DNA of 64,000 bases from a virus (IMGVR_UViG_3300013121_000047:64001-128000); one strand, 5' to 3'; positions 30,832 to 41,055 are shown, counted from the stretch's first letter. The notes: generated by a model not told the origin, from the letters alone. Numbers and translations are program-made.

Positions 30832-32135
30832 TTTTTCACCTTTGGTTTATTCATTTGAACTCTTTCGAGTGTTTTCTTTGGAGAGTTAAATTGTATCAAT
30901 CCCCAATTTTTTTCTCGAATATCTTCTCTCCAATTTGTTATGGTTTGTTCTAAGCACTCTATCCATTTATTCATAACAACTTCATAATTGAATTGTTTTT
31001 CCGTATGAGCAAGTGCACGTTGTTTAATTGTTTCTTTTTCTTCTGGTGTGAATTTATAAACTTTATATAAACCTTCTGCCATCTCCTTTTTTGAAAAATG
31101 GTCATCGTAAATATATGGTGTGGCTTGCGAACCAACAAGATATCTTTCAACAGGTTCCAAAGCAACACCGTGTTCATTTCCAAATTCATCAATTATTTGA
31201 TCTGTCATTCCACCAGTTTTTAATGCCACTACTGGTTTGCCGATAGTCAACATTGTTCTAATTGTAAGAGAGAATCCTTCAGCTCTTGATACGTTTACTA
31301 ACGTATCGGCAACATTATAAAGTCGATTCATATCTGGAATATCTATTTGTCCAACAGAAAACATTACTCTATCTGATATTTTCAACATTTCCGCAACAGC
31401 TTCAAGATCAGGTCCTTCTGGATCTTTTGGATTTGTATGCATAACTAAAACAGCATTTCGGTGCCCTTCTTTTTCTTGTAATAAATCAAGAAAAAGTTTA
31501 AAACCATGCAAAACATCGGCTGGCATTTTTCTATGAGCATTTCTATTAACCCATAATGTAACAAACCAATCTTTTCTTTCTTTAAGGGCTTCTGCTTTCA
31601 TAGCGGCAATTTCTTCTTTTGGCAATTCATAATACCAATTTTTGGGGAAAACATGCGGCAGGTAATTTACCTTCGCTGGGAATTTATCTTTTAATAAATT
31701 ATATGTTTTCATTGAAATGCAGTTAATAACTTCCGTACTTTCATAAAAGGCGGAGTTGTACTCAGGATATGGATCATTGTCCCAAACATGCCAATACACA
31801 ATTGGACAAATTTGATTTATCTCATCTTCCATTTGCCAAACCCAAATGAATTGTCTAGGGTCGGTAAATAAGACTAAAACATCTGGCCGTTCCGTGATTA
31901 AAAGTTGTCGTAAAAGATTTGGCGTCCCAAATCCATCAACAGGTTTAACAACGATGTCTGGGTGCAATGTTTGTACGTCATAGTTTGGATGTTTCATAGC
32001 GCCACCTAGTTGTTTTACAGAAAATTTTCCACTTGAAACTAATGCTTCAACCAACATTCTAGATTGACCGCCAACGCCAGACGCACATCTTAAATCATCT
32101 GAAAGTAGTAAAACTTTAAATTTTTCCTTTTTCAT
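30828..32135 (-). CDS. GT-B (GT4-like) glycosyltransferase
   Basis: SGVGGQ, VNRNAHRK, LYNVAD...SRAEGFSL...GKPVVALKTGGM. Confidence 0.85.
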   Translation of the reverse strand: MKKEKFKVLLLSDDLRCASGVGGQSRMLVEALVSSGKFSVKQLGGAMKHPNYDVQTLHPDIVVKPVDGFGTPNLLRQLLITERPDVLVLFTDPRQFIWVWQMEDEINQICPIVYWHVWDNDPYPEYNSAFYESTEVINCISMKTYNLLKDKFPAKVNYLPHVFPKNWYYELPKEEIAAMKAEALKERKDWFVTLWVNRNAHRKMPADVLHGFKLFLDLLQEKEGHRNAVLVMHTNPKDPEGPDLEAVAEMLKISDRVMFSVGQIDIPDMNRLYNVADTLVNVSRAEGFSLTIRTMLTIGKPVVALKTGGMTDQIIDEFGNEHGVALEPVERYLVGSQATPYIYDDHFSKKEMAEGLYKVYKFTPEEKETIKQRALAHTEKQFNYEVVMNKWIECLEQTITNWREDIREKNWGLIQFNSPKKTLERVQMNKPKVKK

Positions 32136-32172
32136 AAAATTTTTTAGTATAATTTTATGAACTAAAAATTGT

Positions 32173-33027
32173 CTATGGTGTTAATATTAATTTAACAACT
32201 TCACCAAATTTAATATACGGATACTGAATAAATTCAGAAATAAATTTCTCTGTAGAAACAAACTTTGGTTCTGTTTTTGTGGCTTTTGCTTTAAAAGTAA
32301 CATCAATTTCTTCAAAAAACGTTGATAAATTATGAACAATATCACTTACTTTTATTATTTCTGGCGAGCCTATATTCCAATAAAGTTTCTCAATTTTATT
32401 AATTTTATCATTTTCGTGTAGTAAAAATAGGACAATATCAATTAAATTATCAATAAAAGTTAACTGGTATTCGTTATTTTGGTGCTCAGTTATTTCAATT
32501 TGAGTTTGAAGGTTGTTTTTTGCATTTTGAAATTTATCAAGGTAAAAAGAAAAAATTGAATCGTTTTGTTTTCTTCCGTATAACTGATTATGAAAAACTG
32601 TTATGCATTTTGTATCTATTATTTTTGACTTATTAATCAAATTATTAAACGAAAACAAAAATTTGTCGACGGTATTAAACACGTCAATATCATTATTAAA
32701 AACATCATCTTCGTTTAAAATTTTATTTTGAGAATTAGAAGAATTTATATCAATAAAGGTTATTAATTTGTCAATTTTTATATTAGAAATTAAATCATAA
32801 AGATTTATATACTTTTTTTGTTGAATAATAAAATTTTCTTTTGTTTTGTTTAATTCAAACAAAACAATATTTGAAATATTTTCTGTTTTGCAAAATTGAA
32901 AAAATTCACTTGGAAAATTTAACAAACTTTCTGATTTGTACAAAAATTTAGAAGCATCATTCTTAACAAATAATTTAACTGTATCTGTGAATAATTCGCA
33001 ATCACTTATAACAAGAGTTTTATTCAT
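32173..33027 (-). CDS. Degenerate NAD-dependent epimerase/reductase-like protein
   Basis: NQLYG and WNIGSPEIIKVSDIV resemble extended-SDR C-terminal half; no GxxGxxG or clear YxxxK. Confidence 0.45.
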   Translation of the reverse strand: MNKTLVISDCELFTDTVKLFVKNDASKFLYKSESLLNFPSEFFQFCKTENISNIVLFELNKTKENFIIQQKKYINLYDLISNIKIDKLITFIDINSSNSQNKILNEDDVFNNDIDVFNTVDKFLFSFNNLINKSKIIDTKCITVFHNQLYGRKQNDSIFSFYLDKFQNAKNNLQTQIEITEHQNNEYQLTFIDNLIDIVLFLLHENDKINKIEKLYWNIGSPEIIKVSDIVHNLSTFFEEIDVTFKAKATKTEPKFVSTEKFISEFIQYPYIKFGEVVKLILTP

Positions 33028-33063
33028 AAAATCTATTTTATGAAAAAATAAAATTTTTGTTTG

Positions 33064-36000
33064 TTATGTATGTCGAATTCTTGTATCTGGTCTTTCAACC
33101 AACACTTTTTCAAGTTCTTTGACATCTAAATACACATGGTTATTCACTTGAACTGTAAAGTTTTCATTTCGAATTGTATATACAGAATTGTTTCCTAAAC
33201 CTAAATTTGACGCAAGTCTATTTAAATTTGTTTGTATATTGATTGGATTAAGTCTTGCAAGTTCACGAGAGGTTTGGTTAACTGTATCAATCATATCTTT
33301 AATAGCATTTGAAGTATTTTGAATACCATTAATTCTAGTACTTGTTTCTGCTGCCGTTAAAGCCCGTTCAAGTCTTATTAACATTGGAGACGATGCAAAT
33401 GTTGATATTGAATCAATACTGTTTACAAGCGGCATTAAATCAGAAACAGAAATAGGTTGCAACTGTCTTGCGGTTAAATTTCTTATTGCATTAACGTTTT
33501 CTATAATAGATTTAATAGCTTCAACATTTGATGTAAGTTTATCCGTATCAATACCTGATAAACTTTTGTTTAGTGCTGTTTGAGTTGTTTGTAGAACAGG
33601 CCCTAAATTTGTTGCAAATTCTTGAAGTTTTTGGAATGCCGCTTTTGCTTTACCTTGATCAATTCGGCCTGCTTCTGTAGCACTATTGATACTAGATCTA
33701 ATTTCACTAACTCTTTCACTCAAAGAACTAGTTGCTGAACTTCGAATTGACGCAGAAGGTATATTTAACGCATTTGTTAAATTATTCTGTATATTCATTC
33801 CGCTTGTTCTTGACGCTTCTTCTGCTTGTCGAATTGCTTGAACTGCTGGATTGTCTTGCGACTTTACAGGTGGATTTGTTCCACTTTCAAGCCCAAGAAA
33901 TCTTTTTAATCTTTCTGGCATTATGGAAGTTAGTGTTCTAACAGTCCACCTTACCGCGTCAACAATTGTTGATGTTACACTATTCCATATTGTAAGAATA
34001 GTAGTTGACACAGAAGAAAATGCTGTTTTAATAAAACCAAAAACCGCGATAATAGGACGAGCAACTGACGGAAATGATGCCGCTAATGAATTGCCTATAC
34101 CTTCTATTAGTCCACCAATGAAATTTATTATTCCTTTAGTAGCAGAAGAAACAAGTCGAATTAAACTTCCAACAAGATCAGGAATGTTGAATATTAATTT
34201 CACTAATCCTTTTCCAAGAAATGAAACAGCTGTAATAAGCCCGTTCATTAACATTTCTCCAACTTTTTTACCTGAAAGTTCAATTCCACTTGTGTTTTTT
34301 GTTATTAACCCTCCGATTTTATCGGGTAAAGATTTGAATATGGCGATACCAGAATCTAGTAGTTTTCCTAAAAATCTTTTAAGTTTATCTAAGTAAACTG
34401 GGTAGGCTTGAATTAGTTTATCAAAAGCTTGACCCATTCCAGACAAAAAAGTTCCAGATATTTTATCAATACTATCTCCAGAAACAAGTTTCGAAACAAG
34501 AGAATCAAGTTCTTTTCCTGCGCCATCGAACAACTCACCAAGACCTTTTAAAAATCCTGGCAATACTGTTTTTAAGGTTCTTGGGAGTTCTGTTATCATA
34601 ATAGAACCCATTTCTGAAACCATTTTTTTGATTGCGCCCCATACTTTAGAAAGACTTTCTTTGCTGTATATTGTCGAGAAATAAGTTTCCAAACCAGTTC
34701 CTACATCTCTGAACAAAGATACAAAATCTATCGAAGCAAGGCTAGATAATAATGTTCTTGTTACCGCAGGGAGTTCTTTTGCAATTGTTAATATCGTAAG
34801 CTTTAGACCTTCCATTGCTATAAAGCTAATAGCTTTAAAGAATTTTTTAATTCCATCTAAGACTTTTCTAGCTCCACCACCAGAAGAACTAAGTCTTTCC
34901 GTAAAAGCATTTTGAAGCTTTTCCAAAAGTTTCGGCAAAGCTGTTGTGGGATTTGTCGTCATCATGCTAAAGAAATCTTTAAACGCATCTCCAATTTTGC
35001 GCATAAATCTTCGCATTACAGTAGGATTAAACATATCTCTTAATCCACCAAAAAAATCTTTAACGCCTGGAAACATTTCCACAAACATTAAACCTACACG
35101 TCTACCTTCATAGAAAACTGTAGCCAAAGAACGTTGAAGATTTCTCATTAATTCTCTAAATTCTTTTGACATTCGAATACCACTAACAAAACCTTGAATA
35201 AAACGATCAAAAAATCCGCCCTGCATTGCCGAACCTGATTTAACTAATCGTTCTATTGCTCCTGCTAGTTTATTTAGAACCTGTTCCTGCGAAAGTTGTG
35301 ATTTTTTAGCGGCGTCGCCTTTCTTTTGAATGTCTGCGTATGATAATGCACGATTTTTTTGAGCAAACGCTAAAGCGATTTCAGATTCTCCCAAACCAGT
35401 TTGTTGCGCTAAAAGTCTTCTTTCCTGCGCTGTCATATTTTCAATTGTTCTACCTGTTGCAAAGAATCCCTTTCTCAACATTTCAAGTTTTTTAGCTGGA
35501 TCTTGTTCTTGCATTAATTTAAACGCATCAACATTTAAACCAAATGCTTGAGAAAGTTGAGCTGCTGAGTTTGCCGCATCTTCAAAATTCATATATTTAT
35601 CAATTAATTTTCCAAGCGATTTAACATCAATACCTAACCTTCTAGCGAACACAGATGCTTGAGTCATTTCTTTTACCGCCATGTGTCCGAAATGCTCAAA
35701 ATCAGCAATCATATTTCCAACGTCTCTAGAAACTAATTTCATAGAAACTCCAAAACTTTTACTTAGTTGAATAGAAAAATTTCCAATTTGTCGATTTATT
35801 TCATTTAAACTTTCCCCCGTTGCTAAGGATCGCTGGGCAACACCTTTTAAACCTTCGTCAGTAAAACCCAATCCTTTGTTAAATGCACCAAGAGCTTCCG
35901 CTTGAGAAACAGATAAGTCTCTAAATACGGCATCAATTGTTTCCCCTAATTTTTGTGCATATTCTCTAAAATATCTCAATCTTTCAACTAAGTTGCCAAA

Positions 36001-36663
36001 CGTTCTCCATACGCTTAAACCAGTATTCGCGAGCTGGCCTTTCATATTTTTTGCCAGTTCTATAATAGTTCCGCCAGCAGTTTTATTTAGGTAGCCAAAT
36101 TGTTTTCTAATTTCTTCAAGTTCTAGCGCAAGTTCATTGCTTCCACCAACGCTTGCCATAGAAATTAAACCTTCTAAAAGTTTAAAAGGAAATGCTAACA
36201 CTGATTTTCCAATTTCAAAAATACCGCTACCGATTCCTTGAATCATTTGCAAAGCCGCTAGCGCCGAATTCGCAACAAAAGAGATTGCTTTACCAATTCC
36301 GCCAACGATAGCGATCCCAGCATTTAACTTGGTCATTTCTTTTGAAATTTCACCAAATCCTCCTCCTAGTTTTTTTGTTGAGTCGGTAGTGGAATTAATT
36401 TTTTCTGCAGCAGCTTTTAAAGCTGAATCCATATCGGTACCAGCTTCTTTAGCAGATTCGGAAGCTGAGTTGAAACTATTTGTTAAATTAGAGCCCATGC
36501 CAGAAGATTTGGAAATTAAATCATTCATTTTTTTAATGGCTTCTGTCATATATTCTAACATTTTAGCCTGTTTCGAATATTGCCCATTCATTTTATCAAT
36601 TTTTTCAGATGCTTCTTCGAGAAGCTTATTAAGCTGCATCTGAATTTCTAAAGTATTCGCCAT
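33064..36663 (-). CDS. Tape measure protein
   Basis: 1199 aa, helical, Ala/Gly/Leu-rich with amphipathic repeats; downstream of chaperone pair in the tail module. Confidence 0.8.
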   Translation of the reverse strand: MANTLEIQMQLNKLLEEASEKIDKMNGQYSKQAKMLEYMTEAIKKMNDLISKSSGMGSNLTNSFNSASESAKEAGTDMDSALKAAAEKINSTTDSTKKLGGGFGEISKEMTKLNAGIAIVGGIGKAISFVANSALAALQMIQGIGSGIFEIGKSVLAFPFKLLEGLISMASVGGSNELALELEEIRKQFGYLNKTAGGTIIELAKNMKGQLANTGLSVWRTFGNLVERLRYFREYAQKLGETIDAVFRDLSVSQAEALGAFNKGLGFTDEGLKGVAQRSLATGESLNEINRQIGNFSIQLSKSFGVSMKLVSRDVGNMIADFEHFGHMAVKEMTQASVFARRLGIDVKSLGKLIDKYMNFEDAANSAAQLSQAFGLNVDAFKLMQEQDPAKKLEMLRKGFFATGRTIENMTAQERRLLAQQTGLGESEIALAFAQKNRALSYADIQKKGDAAKKSQLSQEQVLNKLAGAIERLVKSGSAMQGGFFDRFIQGFVSGIRMSKEFRELMRNLQRSLATVFYEGRRVGLMFVEMFPGVKDFFGGLRDMFNPTVMRRFMRKIGDAFKDFFSMMTTNPTTALPKLLEKLQNAFTERLSSSGGGARKVLDGIKKFFKAISFIAMEGLKLTILTIAKELPAVTRTLLSSLASIDFVSLFRDVGTGLETYFSTIYSKESLSKVWGAIKKMVSEMGSIMITELPRTLKTVLPGFLKGLGELFDGAGKELDSLVSKLVSGDSIDKISGTFLSGMGQAFDKLIQAYPVYLDKLKRFLGKLLDSGIAIFKSLPDKIGGLITKNTSGIELSGKKVGEMLMNGLITAVSFLGKGLVKLIFNIPDLVGSLIRLVSSATKGIINFIGGLIEGIGNSLAASFPSVARPIIAVFGFIKTAFSSVSTTILTIWNSVTSTIVDAVRWTVRTLTSIMPERLKRFLGLESGTNPPVKSQDNPAVQAIRQAEEASRTSGMNIQNNLTNALNIPSASIRSSATSSLSERVSEIRSSINSATEAGRIDQGKAKAAFQKLQEFATNLGPVLQTTQTALNKSLSGIDTDKLTSNVEAIKSIIENVNAIRNLTARQLQPISVSDLMPLVNSIDSISTFASSPMLIRLERALTAAETSTRINGIQNTSNAIKDMIDTVNQTSRELARLNPINIQTNLNRLASNLGLGNNSVYTIRNENFTVQVNNHVYLDVKELEKVLVERPDTRIRHT

Positions 36664-36679
36664 TTAATTTTCTGATTAA

Positions 36680-36685
36680 TAATTA
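36680..36685. promoter_or_regulatory. Palindromic TAATTA, candidate bidirectional late promoter
   Basis: In the 30 bp gap between divergent ATGs 36663(-) and 36694(+). Confidence 0.5.
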
Positions 36686-36693
36686 GCAGTATT

Positions 36694-36966
36694 ATGGAAT
36701 CGGAACAAATAACACCAATTGGAAAATTATTTTTTACTTCATTACTTGCGTCTATTATAAATGGAGCAGCTTTTAATTGGAAGTTACAAGGAACAAAAGA
36801 GCAAACTGATGATTTTATGAAAGTATTAAAGGCTGTTAAAGAAGCTTACGATGAAACAAAAAAAGGAGAAAAAACAACGGTGCAATCTTTAATTGATAAA
36901 ATGAATGCTAAGCAGGAAGCTCTCGCTGAGTTTGAAAAAAAATATGGTATTCGTTTGCCAATTTAA
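36694..36966 (+). CDS. Hypothetical protein
   Basis: 90 aa ORF with ATG start and typical codon use. Confidence 0.6.
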   Translation: MESEQITPIGKLFFTSLLASIINGAAFNWKLQGTKEQTDDFMKVLKAVKEAYDETKKGEKTTVQSLIDKMNAKQEALAEFEKKYGIRLPI

Positions 36967-36992
36967 AAATACTAGATTATAGTATTTGAATC

Positions 36993-37253
36993 ATGAAAAC
37001 AAAACTTACTAAAAAAGGTTTAGATTCACAACTTTGCAATCCAGAAGATGCTTCTCTGGAAATAGTTGCAGAAAAAATTAGTTTAGCAGGAAAAGATTTA
37101 AGTAATACAATAAAGCAATTTGAAAAAGAAATTTCTGCTTTGAAAGAAGAAATGAAAAAACAGTGTACTTTTTCTGAATTTGAAAAAGAAATACAGATTT
37201 TAAGAAAAGAAATGGAGAAATTTACTAAGAAAGAAAAAGTGCAAAAAGATTAA
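36993..37253 (+). CDS. Small coiled-coil protein with 20-aa tandem duplication
   Basis: FEKEISALKEEMKK / FEKEIQILRKEMEK, 60 nt apart. Confidence 0.55.
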   Translation: MKTKLTKKGLDSQLCNPEDASLEIVAEKISLAGKDLSNTIKQFEKEISALKEEMKKQCTFSEFEKEIQILRKEMEKFTKKEKVQKD

Positions 37254-37450
37254 AGTTTTTCAAGAAGTTCTTCCAATTCTTCTTTTTGCCATTCATACGA
37301 AATAGATGTGAATTTGTCTTCATCTGATTGATAGTAGTAGTCAATTACAACAGACTTTTTTTCTGTTTCCGTATCTTTTAGCCATCTAATTGATATTGTT
37401 GGAATATCACCTTCGTTTATCTGTTTATAATCTATTACTTTTTTTGTCAT
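37250..37450 (-). CDS. Small hypothetical protein
   Basis: ATG 37450 overlaps the tdk stop (ATGA). Confidence 0.5.
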   Translation of the reverse strand: MTKKVIDYKQINEGDIPTISIRWLKDTETEKKSVVIDYYYQSDEDKFTSISYEWQKEELEELLEKL

Positions 37451-38025
37451 AGTTTCCAACAATTATAACATCTGCATTCATAAATGTCTTCTCCTCCAAT
37501 TAGAACCTGTTCTTTATTTTCTATTTCAATTTTTCTAAAAGTTCTTGTGGCATTTAAAATACCACATTTTTTACAAATTCCTTCAAATTTTATGACCTTG
37601 TTTGCTAAGGTCATAATTTCTGGCATATGTCCAAATGAATTTCCTTTAGAGTCCATATCAAGACCCGCCACATGAATTTCTTTGCCGATATTTAGAAGTC
37701 TTTTTAGAAAATCTATTATTCCAAATTCGAAAAATTGAATTTCATCTATAAGAAAAACATCTGCTCCAAAATTTAGATTTTTCCACTCTTCTGTTGGGAG
37801 ATTTGTCGATAACGTTAAAACAAATTCTTTTGGAATTTCATTTTTAGAGTGAGTAACAATTGCATTTTCAGAATAACGTTTATCAATTTTTGGTTTAATC
37901 CCTTGCAATGTTTTATTTTTCTTTATTGATTCAGTATAGGTATTATACAATGCAGTACTTTTACCACTATACATTGGACCAGAATAGACAAATAGTTTTG
38001 GATTTTGCTGTTCTACGGAAGCCAT
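37447..38025 (-). CDS. tdk: Thymidine kinase
   Basis: GPMYSGKST Walker A, LIDEIQFF, AGLDMD, CxxC...IGGEDIYECRCYNC. Confidence 0.95.
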   Translation of the reverse strand: MASVEQQNPKLFVYSGPMYSGKSTALYNTYTESIKKNKTLQGIKPKIDKRYSENAIVTHSKNEIPKEFVLTLSTNLPTEEWKNLNFGADVFLIDEIQFFEFGIIDFLKRLLNIGKEIHVAGLDMDSKGNSFGHMPEIMTLANKVIKFEGICKKCGILNATRTFRKIEIENKEQVLIGGEDIYECRCYNCWKL

Positions 38026-38073
38026 TTTTCTTTAAATAAGGCTTTATTACAAAATAGCAATAGCAAGAAATAG

Positions 38074-38409
38074 TTAGCTTCGATTTAAACGGGAGGTGGT
38101 GTGTGGACGACCAGAAGGATTCGGCATTAGAGATTGGACTATCGGATCATTTGCCGAAACAACATCTTTACCAGAAGAAGAACCTGCTTTATTTCTTTCA
38201 GCAATTCTTTCATTTAATTTTTCAAGATGATATTCAATTTCTTTTCTTGTGTACAAAAAAAATTCTGATTTTGGAACTCCAAGATAGTAAAGAAATAATT
38301 CCATTGGTTCAAGAATTCTCTTCTTTTTGACCTCTTCCATTTGTCCAAAAAGTTCCAAGATTTTTTGATCATTTTGGAGATCATTTGGCGAGATGTGGAA
38401 AAAAAAAGG
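38074..38409 (-). CDS. Tail assembly chaperone downstream ('T') frame, probably reached by frameshift
   Basis: Frame opens just upstream of the T9 run at 38399-38407 and continues to stop 38074; LFLYYLGVPKSEFFLYTRKE is typical of gpT-like segments. Confidence 0.6.
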   Translation of the reverse strand, partial: PFFFHISPNDLQNDQKILELFGQMEEVKKKRILEPMELFLYYLGVPKSEFFLYTRKEIEYHLEKLNERIAERNKAGSSSGKDVVSANDPIVQSLMPNPSGRPHTTSRLNRS

Positions 38410-39241
38410 ATTCCTCTATTCTAATTTCAAGTTTTTCTGAGTGCTCGCACTCTTTTTCTTTACAAACAAAGTTAAAACTAGTATCAAGACCAGGTTCGGT
38501 TTTCATTATGTGTTTTCTAAATGCTGTGCTATCTCTTCCTGGAAGTTTGCACACAACATCCAAAATATCTTTTCTAGATTTTATACCGTTTATTGAATTG
38601 ATTAAGAAACTTAGCTCATAAGCCACTTCAAATTTGGGATCGCTACCCATTTTTTGGCGTTCTTTTTTTTCTGCAGCCGCTTTTTTTGTCTCTCCAACTG
38701 TTAAATATCTATATTCGATTTCGAGCTGACTTTTTGGAGCAACAAACAAAAACCTGTTAGAAAAAGGTTCAATCTGTTTGACATCATTAAGGTCTAATGT
38801 TTTATATTTTAAATCTTTATAAATATTGTATTTAATTTCTTGCATTGTCTCACAGCGAGGACATTTTATGTCGAAACTATAGTTGTCGTCAAACCCTTCC
38901 GCTCTTATCAATGCAAATAAAATATCACGGTCACCCGAAAGAAGGGTTTGAACATTTAAAGTTTTTTCGTATAAACAAACTTGAACTAGATCATCAATAA
39001 CTGTTCCATCTCTAATTTTTTTCTTGTCATACATAACAGACTCTTCTAATGGAGTTAGTTCTACAATTGACGCAGAATCTTTTCCGTGTAATGGGTGTGT
39101 TGGGCCGTATACCAAACCTTTGGATGGCAAAGGAACTTCTACAACATCTCTTGTTAGTTCAATAATTTTTGAGTTAATCACATTTTGAGCAGCTTCCAAA
39201 TTCTGCTCTCCATCAAATAGCTGTTTGTTTTTATCTGACAT
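38381..39241 (-). CDS. Baseplate hub assembly / tail assembly chaperone (T4 gp26-like)
   Basis: VPLPSKGLVY, LLSGDRDILF..IR, CPRC, C-terminal CKEKEC...FFFP. Confidence 0.75.
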   Translation of the reverse strand: MSDKNKQLFDGEQNLEAAQNVINSKIIELTRDVVEVPLPSKGLVYGPTHPLHGKDSASIVELTPLEESVMYDKKKIRDGTVIDDLVQVCLYEKTLNVQTLLSGDRDILFALIRAEGFDDNYSFDIKCPRCETMQEIKYNIYKDLKYKTLDLNDVKQIEPFSNRFLFVAPKSQLEIEYRYLTVGETKKAAAEKKERQKMGSDPKFEVAYELSFLINSINGIKSRKDILDVVCKLPGRDSTAFRKHIMKTEPGLDTSFNFVCKEKECEHSEKLEIRIEESFFFPHLAK

Positions 39242-39267
39242 AATATTATATATTGCTAATATTATTT

Positions 39268-40059
39268 TCAGACTGTTTGTTTGTTACGCTGTTTGTAATT
39301 TTGTGTAACATTTTGTCGATCGTTATTACTAGGGCGAGTTGCTGGTTCTATTTTTTTTGTAGCACCTTGATCTGGTATATTTTTATTGTATGCCTGAATT
39401 TTCTCTGTTTGTTTTGAAAGGATTTCGCTTCTATTCTCTGTCGTTAAACCTGTGTCTAACATTACTGGTTTACCTTGTGGATCAAGTCCCCAATTTTGAG
39501 GACTAGCCATGTCAGATATTGCATAACCGCAGTTTTTCATAACAGTTACAGCAATCAAAAAATCTCTATGTGTTTTTATTTCTTCAATTTCTTCTTTCGA
39601 AGATGTAATTTCATTTTTTGAAACAATTCTTAATGCTCTTGTAAATTCGTCAAATGAAGAAAATTTAAAATATGAAGCAATTTTTTCTTTATCTGATTCA
39701 TTTAAATTCTGTACTTTTTCAACTATTAAATATAAAAATTCAGGGCCAACGTCATAAATTTCTGGTATTAACTGAGCCTTTTGAGCTGTTTTACATATTT
39801 TACTTTCTGCCTGTGTCTGACTTATAGAGCTTGAAATGTCATACGTGACAGATTCAGAAAATGAAACTTTTATAGCTTTTCCATTTCCAATATCAAATAC
39901 AGTTCTATTTGAACCTTCTCCCAATAATGTAAAATTTAACTTACATATATTGTATATGTATTCTGCTTTTTGTTGAACAGAAAAATCTTGATACGCAGCT
40001 ATTTTTTGAATTTTTGCTAAAATATCATTTGATTCGAAAATAAAATTGGTAAGCTTCAT
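39268..40059 (-). CDS. Protein-kinase-fold enzyme with N-terminal IFE leader
   Basis: LGEGSNRTVF Gly loop, AIK, QTQAE, IPEIYD, DMASPQNWG catalytic loop, MLDTG. Confidence 0.75.
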   Translation of the reverse strand: MKLTNFIFESNDILAKIQKIAAYQDFSVQQKAEYIYNICKLNFTLLGEGSNRTVFDIGNGKAIKVSFSESVTYDISSSISQTQAESKICKTAQKAQLIPEIYDVGPEFLYLIVEKVQNLNESDKEKIASYFKFSSFDEFTRALRIVSKNEITSSKEEIEEIKTHRDFLIAVTVMKNCGYAISDMASPQNWGLDPQGKPVMLDTGLTTENRSEILSKQTEKIQAYNKNIPDQGATKKIEPATRPSNNDRQNVTQNYKQRNKQTV

Positions 40060-40490
40060 TTTTCTTGTTTTCTTGGGAATGACTTTAATCGCGCAATAGC
40101 ACCTTGAACACTACTTTGAATACCTAGTGACATTTCATCCATAATTTCAGCATAAGTTTCTTGTAGATTATCTGGTAATGATTTTACATCTTCTAATCCA
40201 AGGACATCAACTATTGTTGACTCAAAATCAAGTGCTGCACCCTGAGCATCAACGCGAAGTCTACGTTCGGCATTAATATCGCGGCCAGAATTTGTTGCAC
40301 TTACGGTTTCTTTGGAAGTAGTAGCTTCGGAAGGTAATGTTTCTTGTTCAAGTGAATCTGCAACAGGTTTAGATTCAGGAGAAAGTAAAGCTTTGTCTCC
40401 AATAGAAACAACATGTTCTTCGTTTAATTTATTTTTTAATAAAGTTCTAACAGCGATTCTAAAATCTTTTTCTTCAAATATGTATGCCAT
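40056..40490 (-). CDS. Acidic hypothetical protein (possible head/core protein)
   Basis: MAYIFEE...KLNEE; TAATTA 11 nt upstream. Confidence 0.55.
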   Translation of the reverse strand: MAYIFEEKDFRIAVRTLLKNKLNEEHVVSIGDKALLSPESKPVADSLEQETLPSEATTSKETVSATNSGRDINAERRLRVDAQGAALDFESTIVDVLGLEDVKSLPDNLQETYAEIMDEMSLGIQSSVQGAIARLKSFPRKQEK

Positions 40491-40504
40491 TTTTCTTTTA
40501 ATAA

Positions 40505-41044
40505 TTAAGCACCAAAAAATTTTTTTAACTTTAACAAAGCATCAGATACTGAAATTTTTGTTTTTAATTCTTTATCTCGAAGAATCTTATTTAAAAATTT
40601 AGAATATTCATCTTGTTTTAACTCATAAAGTTCAGCTTTTAAAAATTTTAAGAGGTCATAACTATCTTCTGTTTCAGTTGCTAATTTTTTAAAGTTATCA
40701 AAAGATTTGTCGACTGGATTTTTTTCTTCTTCTTCTTCTTCTGGTTCTTCGCCAGTTGGATTTTCCTTTGTGTCGAATGCCTGGTTTTTATTTTGAGTTT
40801 TGGGGGTGTCGTTTAAAGAAGGTTCTGCGGATACATCAGAAGAAGACGCTAAGTCTGTTGGCGAAGCATTGGAATCAGTTGGCAGCTCTTCGTTTGTTGG
40901 TGTTTCAAATCCTCCTTTTGAAGCATTGTCTGTCGGTGGTATTTCTAAGCTCTGGTTAGGTTTTTTTTCTGATCCAAATCCGCCTTCTGCTGCTTCAAAA
41001 ATATTTTTCGCTAGCATTTTATAAACTTTGAGCTTATTATTCAT
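40505..41044 (-). CDS. Acidic low-complexity protein (possible prohead core/internal protein)
   Basis: LAKNIFEA followed by Glu/Pro/Thr-rich linker; start ATG 41044 (or 41017) preferred. Confidence 0.55.
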   Translation of the reverse strand: MNNKLKVYKMLAKNIFEAAEGGFGSEKKPNQSLEIPPTDNASKGGFETPTNEELPTDSNASPTDLASSSDVSAEPSLNDTPKTQNKNQAFDTKENPTGEEPEEEEEEKNPVDKSFDNFKKLATETEDSYDLLKFLKAELYELKQDEYSKFLNKILRDKELKTKISVSDALLKLKKFFGA

Positions 41045-41049
41045 AATTG

Positions 41050-41055
41050 TAATTA
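41050..41055. promoter_or_regulatory. Palindromic TAATTA centred between divergent start codons
   Basis: CAT-5nt-TAATTA-5nt-ATG symmetric layout. Confidence 0.55.

Noticed and set aside
33851-34396. 181-aa plus-strand ORF and the other short antisense or nested ORFs in the track
   Set aside because: Shadow frames fully inside well-supported genes, with composition typical of reverse-complemented coding sequence
23845-36663. Bacterial contractile injection system (eCIS/T6SS) or eukaryotic giant virus
   Set aside because: gp55-like sigma, gp4-like nuclease, resolvase, tdk, tape measure and gene density point to a large tailed phage
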